DNA of 64,000 bases from Leucoraja ocellata (Eukaryota): positions 17,174,001 to 17,238,000 of the forward strand of contig JAWMAR010000008.1 in NCBI GenBank assembly GCA_036785375.1, in the 5' to 3' direction. The translations under genes and the position numbers were made by a program. The notes beneath the pieces are model-generated. The model saw only the letters and a program-made list of their open reading frames with translations, had not been told where the DNA came from and did no database searches. This document shows positions 38,271 through 51,945 of the stretch, in pieces; positions within the stretch are counted from its first letter, which is position 1, and the number at the start of each line of letters is the position of its first letter.

Positions 38271-38857
38271 ACTAGTGAAAGAAACTGGATGAGTAAATCT
38301 CGTACCCACCTGAATGTTGCTTCCACCTGACCTGCTGTGTTCCTCTAGCACTTTGTATTATGTTAGAGTAATCTTTTCTATAGCCTGGAGAAGTTAATCA
38401 AATACTTAAACTATAGCTTCTGCTGCTAATATTAATTAGCATTCTAACTTTGTTAAAGTAGATGCAAAATTATCAAATCCGATAATTAAATGATGGAGAA
38501 AGCAGGTAGCGAAGGGCTTATTTCACAATTACTTTCATTTTCATAATGTGCGTGATGGTCTAATGTTGCAGAGAAAAAATATCGGTCAGTTGTTATCCTC
38601 CAGCTATCAATTTTATTCATACTTCCCTTTAATTCCTTGTAAGTGACTTCAAAAGAAATAGAAGCTTTATATAATGAAAATTGTCTTTGTTTGCTCTGTC
38701 AGGATTGTCCATTTATCTTGCCCTGCTGAAGTTAGGGTGCAGTTTAATAATGTGTATGCTTCAAATCCATTTGATCAATTAAATTAGATATTCACATGCA
38801 GAGCTGTAATAGAATATAGTACTTGCATCTAATGGATTTGGATCATTCTCTCTCCAG

Positions 38858-38952
38858 CGTGTCCTGTCCCTGTTCCTGTGCCCACGTGCCCTGGTTCCGT
38901 GTCTGGTAGTTCTTGTGGCAGCTCTCCATCTTGTCATTTTGCCTCTCCTCCA
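38858..38952 (+). CDS. ULK2: ULK2 exon 12: (S)[31 protein letters not shown]
   Basis: ctccag| ... cca|gtaagt, 95 nt. Confidence 0.95.
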
Positions 38953-39474
38953 GTAAGTAGCATTATTTATTGATGCGATATTCCCCCAAGATCCTATCAG
39001 ATGAACATTTTGTCATTAATGTCAAACAATAAATTAATGTGACCTCGTCGTACTTCATTAAGCGAACCATTCGAAACAATGTAAGTGTTACTGGCTTTCG
39101 TGCACAATTAATTCTAACAAAACAAGATTGATATTTATTTCAGTTTAAAATAAAATCACTACTTAATCCTTGGGGAATACAAAATCTCCATTGAATAGTG
39201 ATATTTAACAAATGATTAACTTTAAGTTGCAGAATCAAAAATTGAACCAGGCTACAAGGCAATAATTAGCAAAATATTGGCAATAACTTTTGTAGCCCAC
39301 CAAATTGTAATACCACTTTTTGGCAATATTAATTTATGTTCTAGCTAAATTTAATTTAATTACAAGTTGTGACACTGAATTCAAACTTTACTGGACCGAA
39401 CAAGAGAGGGTCTGTTATTGGTGTTCCATTCAGCAAACACAAGCAAATTGGTCACACCATGTGGTATCCCAAAA

Positions 39475-40030
39475 CAACATAGAACAGTCCAGCACAAGAA
39501 CAGGCCCTTCAGTCCACAATGTCTGTGCCGAACATGATGCCAAGGCCAACTCTTATCTACTTGCACATAATCCATATCTCTCCATTCCCCGTGTATACTT
39601 ATGCCTATCCAAAAGGCTCTAAAATGTCTTATCAGCCTTAATCACCACTGCAGTGCATTCCGAGCACTCACCACCCACTGTGTGTAAAAAAAAAAAACTT
39701 GCCCTTCACTTATCCTTTAAACTTTGCCATTTTCATCTTAAAACCTACGCCCTCTTTTGATTTTTCCATCCTCGGGGGGAGGTTCTAACTATTTATGCCA
39801 CTCATAATTTTATATGCTTCAATCTGGTGTCCCAGCAATCTCCATTTGTTCCATAGAAAACAATCCCAAGTCTGTCCTACCTCTGCGTAGCTAATAGACC
39901 CCCTCCCCATCCAGGTATCATTCTGGTAAAACTCCTCTGCACCCTTTCCAAAGCCTCCACATGCTTCCTGTAATGAGGTAACCAGAACAGCACGCAATAT
40001 TCCAAAAGTGACCTAACCAAAGTCCTCTAA
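39475..40030 (-). mobile_element. CR1 LINE 3' fragment
   Basis: same segment as 2395-2900. Confidence 0.8.
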
Positions 40031-40515
40031 AACCTAATTCCTTTTGTTAATGCCGGCTGTGTCTGCAAGCTTAGCTACGTGTTTGAACGACGGAGTTCTG
40101 ACAATTCTACTCACAAATCTAAATTCTGAGCTGGATACATAATCTTCCCATTCACTTTAATATAATTAATTGCCAATTAAAGTCAGATCTATACAGCACG
40201 GAAACACAATCTTTGTCCCAATATGTCCATGTCGACCAAGTTGCTTAACCTTAATCTTTCAAGGATTGCCCCAATATTGGATTATACTGCTGTGAACAGA
40301 GAAAATATGAACAAGATACACTATTCAAATTTTGCTGCATGTTTTATAACGTGATCTAAATATGCAACTGAAATCAACAAAAGATAATGGACAAAAGTTA
40401 AGATCCAAATTTGTTTTTTGCCCAAAAAGAGACTTTGCAGATAAGCTGAAATATTATTAGTGGGATTTCATGATTGTATGGTTAATATCTTGTAACTTTT
40501 TTTCCCCTCCTTCAG

Positions 40516-40687
40516 TCATTACCTGACATGCAACGGATACAGGAGGACACTTTGTCTTCCCCACCTTTGGGTCCTCCGAACTATCTGCAGGTTTCCAAAG
40601 ATTCTGCAAGTAGTGGCAGCAAGAACTCTTCGTGTGACACGGATGACTTTGTTCTTGTTCCACATAGCATCTCTTCTGATCAGTCAT
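40516..40687 (+). CDS. ULK2: ULK2 exon 13: [57 protein letters not shown]; LIR motif DDFVLV at 40642-40659
   Basis: ttcag| ... cat|gtaagc, 172 nt; ULK2-diagnostic sequence. Confidence 0.97.
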
Positions 40688-42035
40688 GTAAGCAACTACT
40701 CTTCATTTTGTTGCTTTTGTTTCATTCGTTTCAAATCTTTAGAGACGAGGAGGGAAATCTAAGAATCCTCGAGCAGGTTGACTGCACTTCTGTTCATACT
40801 TTTTGTTTTTTATCCTCTGATCCTTTTGCAAATTTATTTTGCATTCAAGGCTAAAATGCATGGCTGCATTGAATTTAAAATACTTTATTCTAACGAGTCA
40901 GAATGTCCAAAATAGAGATCTTGCACTCTTGAATAATCAAATAATTCCCTGCAAACGCAAAGTCTACCATTACTATAAATATATTGAATATCTTCATATT
41001 TGCATTCATTTTTCTGCAACGATTCGCCTCCTCCTTGCCCTTTCTGAATTTGCCATGAGTCATTTGTGCAATGACTGAATAATTCAAATGTTTTAAAATT
41101 CAGTAGGATTTCAAAATTTTTATCATTGGATAACCAATTGGTTATCGATTGGATTTTACCAATTGGATTTGAGGATGCCATTCAATTATTTGAGCATTTG
41201 GTTTTAAGGTAACTAAAATAATCCAAATTGTGATTTCTGTTGTGTTGGATTGGTAATGTCTAATAGCAGTTTGAGGATTGAACTCGATTCATTCTTAAAT
41301 GCAAGCTGCAGCTTGGTGCCCTTGGTCATGGGAATGTAGGGGTAACAGCTAATCTTTCTATGAATGAATCACTGATGAATAAAAACACAATAAATGACAA
41401 GTGGATGTTTATGTTATCTTGCTGATTTATCCAGTTTAGCATGTTCATACGTAATTGTGACATTTTGTGCTATTATGTACACTGGCTGTAGTATCATCAT
41501 ACTGGAGGTTCCCATGGGACTAGGTTCCAATTTATACTTTTAAACAAATCACAGGCTGCTTTCAGAAGCTCCTCGAGGTATACAAAGGGTCCCAACTCAA
41601 AAGGCCACTTATCCATGTTCTCCAGAGATGCTGCCTGATCTGCTGAGTATCTCTGGCATTTGTGTCCATTTATGTAAACAAGCATTTGCAGTTCCTTGTT
41701 TCTCCAAAATGTATACTTCTGTTGCACGAATTATAGCTTATCCACATCAATTACTAGTTCCTAATGAATTATGTACACAATATATATTATAAATCTTTCT
41801 TCCTTAGCAACCATTGTTTATTTAGGATAAATACTGGATCAGAAAATATATTTAGATTGTTGACACAATTGCATCATCCTTTTCCGAATCCAACTTCCTT
41901 CAACAGTTACGGCACTCATTTGAAGCAATATTTGTAACTATTTAGATTATCTTAACCAGTTTGTGTTTATTGGAAAAGTTTTTGGTGTTCCCAACAAAGT
42001 TTATGCCTCTCAATCTGTTTTGAAACTTTGTACAG

Positions 42036-42096
42036 ATGACATGCCATTGGGAACGGTGGGCAGACGAGCTTCCAGTGAATTTTTGATGTGTGGCGG
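42036..42096 (+). CDS. ULK2: ULK2 exon 14: (Y)DMPLGTVGRRASSEFLMCG
   Basis: tacag| ... cgg|gtgcgt, 61 nt, phase 1-2. Confidence 0.93.
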
Positions 42097-44590
42097 GTGC
42101 GTATAAATTTTTATATTTTATACTTTAGCATTGTTGTATAGAGGGAGGAAAGACTTGCAGTAATACTTCATCATTAGAACACGAAGAAAAACTAACTTCA
42201 CGGATATGTTCTGTTTGTTTTAGAATTAAATATATTATCAATTGAAGTAAATTAAGTTGGTATCACTTAAATAGTGACTTCTTTAAGACTGACAGTGACC
42301 ATGTTCAAGATTCATAATGCTTGAACAAGTCTGTGGGTAAGAATTTGTCCATCCTTCACCCTTCCTCAAATAAATCAGAGCTTGTTTGGTTTTCTTCCCC
42401 CCCCCCCCCCCCAGGAGATGGTACCAGGAATTTAAATATATCAAGTAGAAACAAGGAACAACAGGGCTTTTTTTCTTAAAGCACACAAAGTGCTGGTGTA
42501 ACTCAGCTGGTCGGGCAGCATCTCTGGGGAATGTGGATAGGTAACATTTTGGGTCAAGACCTTTCTTCCTGATCTGAAACGTCACCTATCCATGTTCTCC
42601 AGAGATGCTGCCTTTTTTTTAAAGTATAGACAGTATTCCTAACAATATTATTCAAAGAGCCCTTATTGTTTTTCCCGTTCTGCTGTTATAACAAAAGTGT
42701 TAGCCTAATTACAATGTATGCATGTTCCATAAAATTATGCAACTGGGTGCGTTAATAATTAATTCATAATTAATGGTCCATTAATAATTCCAGCAATTTC
42801 AGAACTTTACTTCTTTACCGATTCAGTTGTGTGGGTGGAGGAGAAGGGAGGATGATGGTTATGGGGAGAATAATGTTCGTGTGGCCCGTGTCAGATGAGT
42901 CAGTGGACTTTTTTTTTAAATCTTGGATTTTGTTTCTTAGTGTTCAGTGTCTAACTTCAAAATTAAATCTGTACCTAAACAAATGTATCTATATCAGACT
43001 GTTTGAAAACCATTTCACAGAGTATTTGCTATGAAGATACTGCAGCTTTATTGACTATTTTGGGGAGCGAGCATCATTGAATATGCAATGTCTTGTGTAA
43101 CTGTGACAATGGGGCATGTGGAACAGGCAGGGTCTTGTGATCAGACATGATTACATTTGGACATGATTTCCTGACATTTGGGTGAGGTACATTTAATTAC
43201 TCCAGGTAATATAAGCTTAGAGGGTGGGAAATGAAAGTAGTTGTTTACCTTGCCTTGATGCAAGCATATAGCTTGTATGATGCAACATGTGTTGCTTGTG
43301 TGAACTACGCTGGAGATGTCTAGACATGTTCATTAACAATATTGATTTCCGTAAATAACTGTCCTTTTTTTTGCAAACTCCTGCAAATAGTAGAAGGCAG
43401 CATTAAATGACTGCTTGATCAAATTACATATATATGGTAAACCAGTGAAAACATCCCACGGTTCTGAAGAGCATTATCTTATTTTTTAACGATGCGATTT
43501 AAGATGTCATTAGGGCAGATGTCTAAGTACTTGATGGGAAAAAAAGTAGATTTTATATTTGAAGATGTAAAGGAAAGGGGGAGTGGCTTTAGTGACAATT
43601 CAATTGCTGAGACAATTCAATTGTTGAAGGCATAGTCCCTCACCATGGGACAGTTTACATTTGGGTATAGTCAAGATGGAGGGGGCACAGGTATTTCAGA
43701 GGATTGCTTGTTTTTTAAAAATTGGAACATTTAATGTATTTTTGGGGAGAAGAGTGATGATGACAAAGTAGGGGTTACAGCTGTTCCCGAGGAGAAAACA
43801 GTAAAAGGTTGAAAACAAAGAACTGCAGGTGCTGGTTTATACCAAAGATAGACACAAAGTGCTGAAGTAACTCAACTGGTCAGACAACATCTCTGCAGAA
43901 CATGGATAGGTGATGTTGTGTTTTACAGACTGGAGGAAATGTTGGTGGTTTATTGGGAATAGAGTAGAGTAGAACATGGAGGTGGTTCTTCTGGACTGAT
44001 GAGTTTGCAGCGAGCGCGAGGAGAGAGGGAGTGAAACTGAAGAAACGTGTATGTTTGAGACCAGGGCAAGATGGACTTGTTTAACCTGTTAAGCTAGAAG
44101 TGTCTTTGACACTTTTTCAAATAGCCTCTTGGTGGAGATGATGGGAGAGGAATGAAGGAACCTGTTTGCAGTTGAAAAAGGAGTGTGCTCCGATCCAAGG
44201 TAACCCTTAAATAGTGGGCAGTTCTTTCTGTACTCTTCCAATAATTTAATTACTATCGACCCAATTTATAATGTGTATCTATTTTTAATAAATATTTAAT
44301 AGTTGACACCTGAGATTGGCCAACCCACAAAAGTACATTATTTCCCCAAATTCACCTCCTTTCAGCATGACTCATAAAATAAAAAGTAAATTGGTGGAAA
44401 AATAAAAATCAATGTTCCTTCCTCCAGGTACTGTCTAAAATCCTAAGGAAAATTATGCCACATATTAGAACTCAGTCAGCCAAAAAGAAGGGGTGTTGGG
44501 TTGGAAAGACTCCTATAGTTATGATGAATTGATTATCAGAATAGCAAAGTAAATACCTACTCTCATTTTGTTTCTTCACAAACCTGTTAG

Positions 44591-44683
44591 GCAGTCACCT
44601 TTAACCTCTTCAGGGGGCTCAGTAGCACTGCAGAGACCTTCCTCGGCCTCATCCAGGTCCAGCTCTTCTAGCTCAGCCAACAG
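44591..44683 (+). CDS. ULK2: Additional symmetric ULK2 exon: (G)QSPLTSSGGSVALQRPSSASSRSSSSSSAN(R)
   Basis: pyrimidine tract + gttag| acceptor, cag|gtagga donor, 93 nt, phase 2-2, stop-free, Ser/Pro-rich, GC-richer than flanks; positioned like the extra ULK1 exon. Confidence 0.78.
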
Positions 44684-47600
44684 GTAGGATCTTCATGTAG
44701 ATTTTATAATGGAATAAAACAGTATGGGGCAGAGTTTCCATGTAGGCCACAATCAAGAGATTATATCTAAAATCTGCTTGAATTTGCATTGCTTAAGTTA
44801 CTCTAAGTCACTGCACAATTGCAAACATTAAATTTTCCATGAGCTACCATAGTAGGCTTTGTAAAGTTTATTAATATAGATATTAATGAGTGGTAACCTG
44901 GTGTAGTTTTGCTAATGTAGTTGCAAAGGCATTCATCAGCAAAATTAAACCTCTAAAGACAAACTTATCTCTGTGGACAAGCCGTTGATTGGAAATGTCT
45001 GTTCTATGAAAAAAAAAGTTATACTGATCATTTAATAGCTACGTTGTCATACACTAGTTGTTTTCTTAACAAACTGAAATGCATTTTGATGTGAAAAATA
45101 TTTTTTAATGAGGGCAGTTTGAAGTGCATTCTTTAATCAGCAGTATCTCTACTTTAAACCAGGAAACGCTCAGTTTATTTCTAGTCAGGAGCCTGACCTG
45201 GTGAATTTTATCTTGAATCCACTGTAAAAGATTATGGAAAACGCAATACGAATTTTTTTTGGACAGAACTTGCAGAACATTTCCCTCGGTTTAATTATAT
45301 CTAAGATCCTGAAGTCTTGTGAGAGTAGATTTGAAGAAACAAAATGAAACTTGTTTTTGACATTGATACACGGGTATTGTTAAATTCGTGATGGCTGTGG
45401 TTTAAAAATTCCTGTTAGCATTGTAACTATTAGCATTTCAGATTAGCAGACTTCAGATTTTTGACCATCTGTGAAGAAATTTAACATCTTTTGGGTAGGA
45501 AAGGAACTTGGGCGAATGAGCCAAGATACACTGCACTCTCTAGAAAGCAACAAAACCGACGTGTTAAATGAAGCATGAAGAAATGCTTTCATGTAAAGTT
45601 CCAAATAACCCGTGTACTTGTCATCTGATATCACTGTTGTTAAAGATTATCTGTACTGATCATATTTGCAAACTTTTATGTAAGACAAGTGAGTGCAGGA
45701 GCAGCCTCCAATAATTATTTGACCTTTTTCCAGTGTCTTATAACATATAACATTTTTAAAGTTGTTTTTCTACAAATATATCATCATTTTATATCTACTC
45801 AATTTATCCAAAGCTGCAGACATTTTTTTTGCAGTATAAAACTTTCTTCTAATCCATTTTGCCTGATCCGTTGCCAAATGATGAATGGTCCAAGAGGGAT
45901 ATGGGCCAAATGCAGGAAAATTGGACTAGCTCAAGGGAGACATTTTGGTTGGAATAGACGAGTTGGGCTGAAGAACCTGTTTCCATGTTGTGAAACTCCA
46001 TGACTCAAAGTTTATTACTTGATGAAACAAATGTTTCATCATGGTAACGTGTCATCTCAAAGATGGTACCTCCTAGTTCCAGCAGATAAAACCCAGAACG
46101 AGACTCAAACTTAAACTCAATTTAAATGTGGGACAAAAGTATTACCATGCAGGATAATAACATGTGACTCATCAATTGCATCTTAATTGAACAGACAGTA
46201 TTTTTGTTTTGAAGTAAGTTGTGCGATTTTTCTGGGAATTGCATCCTGTTTCTTTGTATCGTCTGCATTGGAATACTTTGCACGAGTGGTGTCAGAAAAA
46301 ATTTCCTCCTCAATCTTGGATAATGAAGGGTCAAGATCTGGCCTTTCAAGCCTGCTTCACCATTCAATGTGATCGTGACTGACCAATTCTGCTGTCAGCT
46401 CCTGTTTTCTGCCAGTTCCCCATAACCATTTCCTTGATCTTTCAAACATTTGGATATCTGCACCTTAAATATATCTGATGATTTGGCCCACACCACCAAT
46501 GGGAAGAGAATCCTGGAGATTTACTTCCCATTGAGAAAATACATTTCAATGCATCTGTTTTTTCTTCTGATTTTCTGCACTTTTGCTTCTTGATTATGAG
46601 CAACCCAATTGCTTTTTAACCAGTTTGTCGCAGAAATGTTTATTTGAAGTTGAGCTGTAGTTTTTATAGAATGGAATGTACCTTAGGGGAAAAACTATAC
46701 ACCAAGTGCTGGAGTGATTCAGTGGGTCAGGCAGAATCTCTGGAGAACATGAGGAGGTGGCGTTTTGGGTTGAGGCCCTTGTTCAGACTGATTGTGGTGA
46801 TGGCAGGGAAGAAAACTGGAAGAAATGAAAGCTGAGCAGAATGAAGCCTAGCAAGTAATAGGTAGAGGCAGGTAAGGGGAGGTTTTGGTAGGCAGATGTT
46901 TGGAGAAAGGCAGGAGATAAAAAGACAGACGTTGAGACGAAGATTGAAGAGGAAGAGGGAGGGTAAAAACAGGTATGAGTCCAGGTAGGGCACAGGGGAG
47001 AGGGGGAGAAGAAGAAAAGGGGGGGGGGTAAGTTATGTATATCTTGAACCTATTGTTGCTTTTACTTATACATTTTATTTAACGTGCTAGTTTCAATCAA
47101 GAACATCAGACGGGGAGTAGTTAATAGTTGATGCAGAATAAATATTGGAATATTGGAATTAAAAAACGGCAATAAAAATGATTTACTGTAATTGTGTTAT
47201 AATGGTTTTAAATACAATAGTCAAATAATTGATTATTTCAATTCTACTTTTATGTGGGAGAAAAGATTTGGATTATTACTCGTTTTATTAATTCACATTT
47301 CAATTAAAAAAAATACATTTGATGTTTATCATATTGAGCAGTACAGATGTATTTTTAAAATCGCTTTTAACATTGATTCAAGGGATATAGCCTTTTCTCG
47401 GCTGGGCCAGCATTGAATATCCCACCCCTAGTTTGCCTCAAGAAGGTACTCCAGCCTTCTTGAATCACTGCCGTTCTGAAGTATGAGTAAAGCCACAATA
47501 CTGTTAGGGAGGGTATTTCAGAGTTTGACCCAGTGACGGTGAAAAAATACTGAATTTCCAAGTCGGGATAGTGTGTGGCTTGGTGGGCAATATCTAACGG

Positions 47601-48195
47601 GTGGTATTCCCCTGCTTTTGTTGCCCTCGTCCTTGTAGCTGGTAGAGGTGGGGTTTGGAAGGTACTGTCTAAAGAGTCTCGGTGAGTTGCTGCAGTGCAT
47701 CATGTAGATGGTACAATGCATGTCAGTCTGAAGAAAGATCCCAGTCTGAACCGTCGCCTGTCTAATCTCTTCACAGACGTTGGCTGAACTGAGTTCCTCC
47801 AGCACTTTGTGTTTAACTGAAACTGGAAGACTTGTTGTCTGTCTTGCTCCGTATCATACCACTTAAAGCATACAACCACTGCATCACCTCAGGAGTCCTG
47901 TTTTCAAAAGCTTCTTGTTTAACTGTGCTTTAAATACATTTTACTGTCTGGCATATTGCCTTCAATTTGTTCAGACTAATACACGCAGCTCAATAACTTG
48001 GTGCTTTTCACATAATGTGTAATTTTCTGAGATGTAGTTCAAGTCCACTGCAATTGATTTCTTATTCCTAGACAGGATGTGATCGGGGATAGTGAATCTG
48101 TATTACTACTGTGTACCCCTGAAATTTCGTTTGATTGGCGTCTGGGGGAAAACTGTTCAGGATGAATTTGAACTGTAAGATATGGTTGGAGAGAT

Positions 48196-48438
48196 GTGTG
48201 TAGGAAGGAACTGCAGATGCTGGCTTAAACCGGAAAATAGACACAAAAAGCTGGAGTAACTCAGCAGGGCCGGCAGCATCTCTGGAGAGAAGGAATGGGT
48301 AAAGTTTCGGCTCGAGTACCCTCTTCAGACTGAAGGAGGGTCTGAAGAAGGGTCTCGACCCGAAACATCGCCCATTCCTTCTCTCCAGAGATGCTGCCTG
48401 TTCCACTGATTTGCTCCAGCTTTTTGTGTCTATCTTTA
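48196..48438. mobile_element. Palindromic Penelope-derived element, hammerhead-like core 48342-48369
   Basis: inverted arms; 11-bp TSD GTTGGAGAGAT (48185-48195 and 48439-48449). Confidence 0.83.
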
Positions 48439-50095
48439 GTTGGAGAGATATACAACACAGAAACGGGCCTTGCTGACATCCGACACCTGTTTGTTACTTC
48501 TACATGAATCCCATAATTTTATACTTTCCACTTTCCCGTCAACTTCCTCAAGTTTGTACCACGCACCAACATACTACGGGCAATTTACAATAAACAATTC
48601 ACCTAGCGATCAATCTCATAGAGTCATACATATGGCCTAACTTGCCCACACTGACCGTATAAGTCTGGGATGTGACAACAAACTAAAGCACCTGGAGGGA
48701 TCCCCACATGGTCACTGGGAGAATGTACAGACTCCACACAAGGCTCTAAGTTGCATAACGTTGCCTTTAATAAAATCCTTTATGATTGAATAACATTTAA
48801 CAATTACTTAAGTGATTAAAAATTGCATTTATTTGGGTAGAAGTGCTATTTAATTTTGTTGACAATTGCTATGCTTTTCTTCATCCAGCTGCATAAAATA
48901 AAAGCAGAAGAATTTAAGTATTTTGCACCTCCCAAACTACCACCTACTCTCCCCCATCCCCTTCCACCACCACTCCTCTGCAGACATCACCAGAGGGAGG
49001 TTGCCGGCCATTTAGAGGCTTGAAAGCCTGTTTGATCATAACTTGGCAAGCAGAACGTTCTGTATGGAGCAACCGGTGTTCTGTACAGTTCAGATGCCGC
49101 AAACAGAATGTTAAAGACTTCAAAACATTTCTGAGAAATGTTTGAGGTCTGCATAACTTAGAGCCCAGGGGGTGATCAATGACCCTGAACAAAAAACAGG
49201 AAATGCTGAAAATGCTCAGCTGATCAGGCAGCATCTGTGGAGAGAGAATGTTTTGGGTCGATGACCTCTCATCAGAACTGCACAATGAGGTGACGTTTGT
49301 GTTTTCCAACAGTGTTTACCAGCAGCACTAAATTTAATCATCACCATTCGGAAAATACAAGGAATGCTTTGTTTCCATCTGGCCAGGGAAGGGTTAACTT
49401 TTTTTAAACAAATCCAGCTTGTGTTTTCATTAGGCTGAAGTTCTTGGAAATTCAATTCAGAAAGATGACTCGACAAATAGTTTGAAGCAGGAGTGTCTTT
49501 TGCAGCCGTCATTAGCTTAAACTAAATACGGGATACTGAACGTCAGGCGGTATGAGATACATTTGTCAGCATGTGCTGCTGACCTGCTCTTGAACTATTC
49601 CTTGTTTTGATTTTTTTCCCCCCCTCTTGTGACTCACTTCCGTTGTTATGTTGATTGCCACCTTTTAACTTCTAGAATGCCATCGCTGCTGCTTTGGGAC
49701 AAAGTGTTCCTAGCTGTGTTCCCTCAATTTGTTTTCTTGGAACTTCTAGATCTTATGTAATTGATGGGGAAAGAAAGGTGGTGTGAAACACATCATGTGC
49801 ATAGCTTTGTTATTCTGTTGACAACAAACCTTCACTGAAGTAAAGCTTATTTGGTTAACCCAGACAAAGTTGAAAGCAGGCTTGTGAAGAGCTTTGTGCA
49901 GTAGGCAGTCATATTTCAAGTGGGATGTTGTTTACAAGACAGAAACAGTTAGCAGCTTGCCAGCTTTATGTCGAATAACAGCTACTCACTCGCTCCTTTC
50001 TATCTGACACCTGATGTATTAGTTATTTAATGGTTCAGTTGCATCGAGCAGCCAAAATACTTGCCTCCTGACCGATTGTTGTGTTTTGACTCCAG

Positions 50096-50233
50096 GCAGT
50101 GCCCACCTCCAGTGTCTCCCCGTACTGAGTCAGCTCCAATTCCTGTCCCTACTCAGATCAGAAACTACCAGCGGATTGAGCAGAACCTGCATGTCATTTC
50201 CAGCCACAACGCTAACCCCTATGGATCACCCAG
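50096..50233 (+). CDS. ULK2: ULK2 exon (human 15): [45 protein letters not shown](R)
   Basis: ctccag| ... cag|gtatgt, 138 nt; [15 protein letters not shown] motif. Confidence 0.96.
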
Positions 50234-50394
50234 GTATGTGATTTCTTGCTTTTCTATGTTTTTTACCAGGTCACCCTAAAATGCTTGTGTGTGTTGTTCC
50301 TGTACAAAGAATCTACAAGTGGTTCACCATCGCATAACGTGACTTCTCTTCTAAAATACAAGTACTAGTTTCATTGAGATATCCGCTAGAGCTT

Positions 50395-50645
50395 TCACCA
50401 GCATCTGTGCTGTGAACAAATGCTATCTGTATGGAGATTGCTCATTCTCCCTGTGACCACGTGTGTTTTCTCTGAATGCATCGGTTTTCTCCCACACTCC
50501 ACAGATTTGCATGTAATTGGCTTCAGTAAAAATTGTGATTTGTCCCTAGTGTGTAGGATAGTCCTATTGTATGGGGTGATCACTGGTTGGCATGGAGTTG
50601 GTGGGCCGAAGGGCCTGTTTTCGCACTGTGTCTCTAAAGTAAAGC
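50395..50645 (+). mobile_element. HE1-like SINE, 5' degenerate
   Basis: V-domain and tail gggccgaagggcctgtttcgcactgtgtctctaaagtaaa. Confidence 0.75.
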
Positions 50646-51679
50646 CTTAAAAGCTTTCATTCCTATTTGCAAGAAAAAATGTAAAATATACAATAAACTC
50701 CCACAGCCTTTTCAAAAAAGGTTGAGATTATTAATTGTTAGTGACTTATTTATTCAGGAAAGAAATTATATTTGCTCCATATTCACCTGAATATTTCAGC
50801 TAACTACATTAAATTACAGAAGGAAATGGATTTTATGTTAATGTGTTTCAGCAGATCAGTGTGATGTTGCTGACAGTGACATTGCTGGGATAATTGAGTA
50901 CAGGAGCTGTCAACTGTTGCACAGGCTTGTATAATATGGGATGGGCACATCAAGTAATATGCAGGAAGTTGATCTTGGAGTTTTTGCTGATGGCAGAAGC
51001 CTGCAGGTCATTTGTATTGGCAACCAAGATAAGCAACAATGGTGTCCTGTAGAAGCTGGTGGGAAGCAGTCTGCAAATGGGGTAACAAAAGAGAATGGGT
51101 CAGGCATTGACAAGGCTCGAAGCTGGCAGGAAATGGATTGAAAATATGTGGGTAGTGAGAGCGATAGCATGCAGTTAGTCTAGTCTTTGTGTAACACGTA
51201 CCTGTGTGGTTCTCTCTAACTAAGTTTCAAATTACACAGCAGACACTTAAATCCTGTCTGATTTGAATACTTTTTCCCACGTCACAATTTATCATCTTGG
51301 CAACTGAACTCAAGATGAACAAAAAATATTGGCCTTTCTAGGAAGTCCGTTTCCCAAAATCTAAAGCGTAAATTTTACTCTGTATTTTAAAACATGAAGT
51401 TTCTATCAGAAGTTCACAGCATGTGAGGTTGTTGCAGTCGTAGCTAGTTGAGATGAAGATACCCCACTGAGTTTGGACCTTTATGACTCCACCAGTGACG
51501 TTGTTATGCAAGTACACCATCAGAACCTCAGTTGGGATTGAAAATAAATCATTTACTTTTCCGTATGTTAATGTGCATCCTGTAGCTTAAAATGCATTTG
51601 TGGTCCAAAGTCTGCACAATAGTAATGTGTTGAAATAAAATGTTGAAATACTCAATATGATGATTTGAGGCACTTGTAT

Positions 51680-51945
51680 ATAGAGCATAGAACATTACAG
51701 CATAGGAACAGGCCCTTTGGCCCACAATATCTGTGCTAAACATGATGCCAAGATAAACTAGTCTCATCTGCCTGCTCCTGATTCGTATCCCTCCATATCA
51801 TGTGTCTGTTTAAAAGCTTCTTAAACATCATTATCATACCTGCCTCCACCACCACTCCTGGCAGTGCATGTTCCAGGCACACACCACTTTGTGTTCTAAA
51901 AAAAATCCTTGCTCCACACATCTCCTTTAAATTCTGCCCCTCCAA
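51680..51945 (-). mobile_element. CR1 3' fragment
   Basis: catagaaca...caggccctttggcccacaat tail; minus-strand LPGVVVEAG..FKKLL. Confidence 0.75.
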
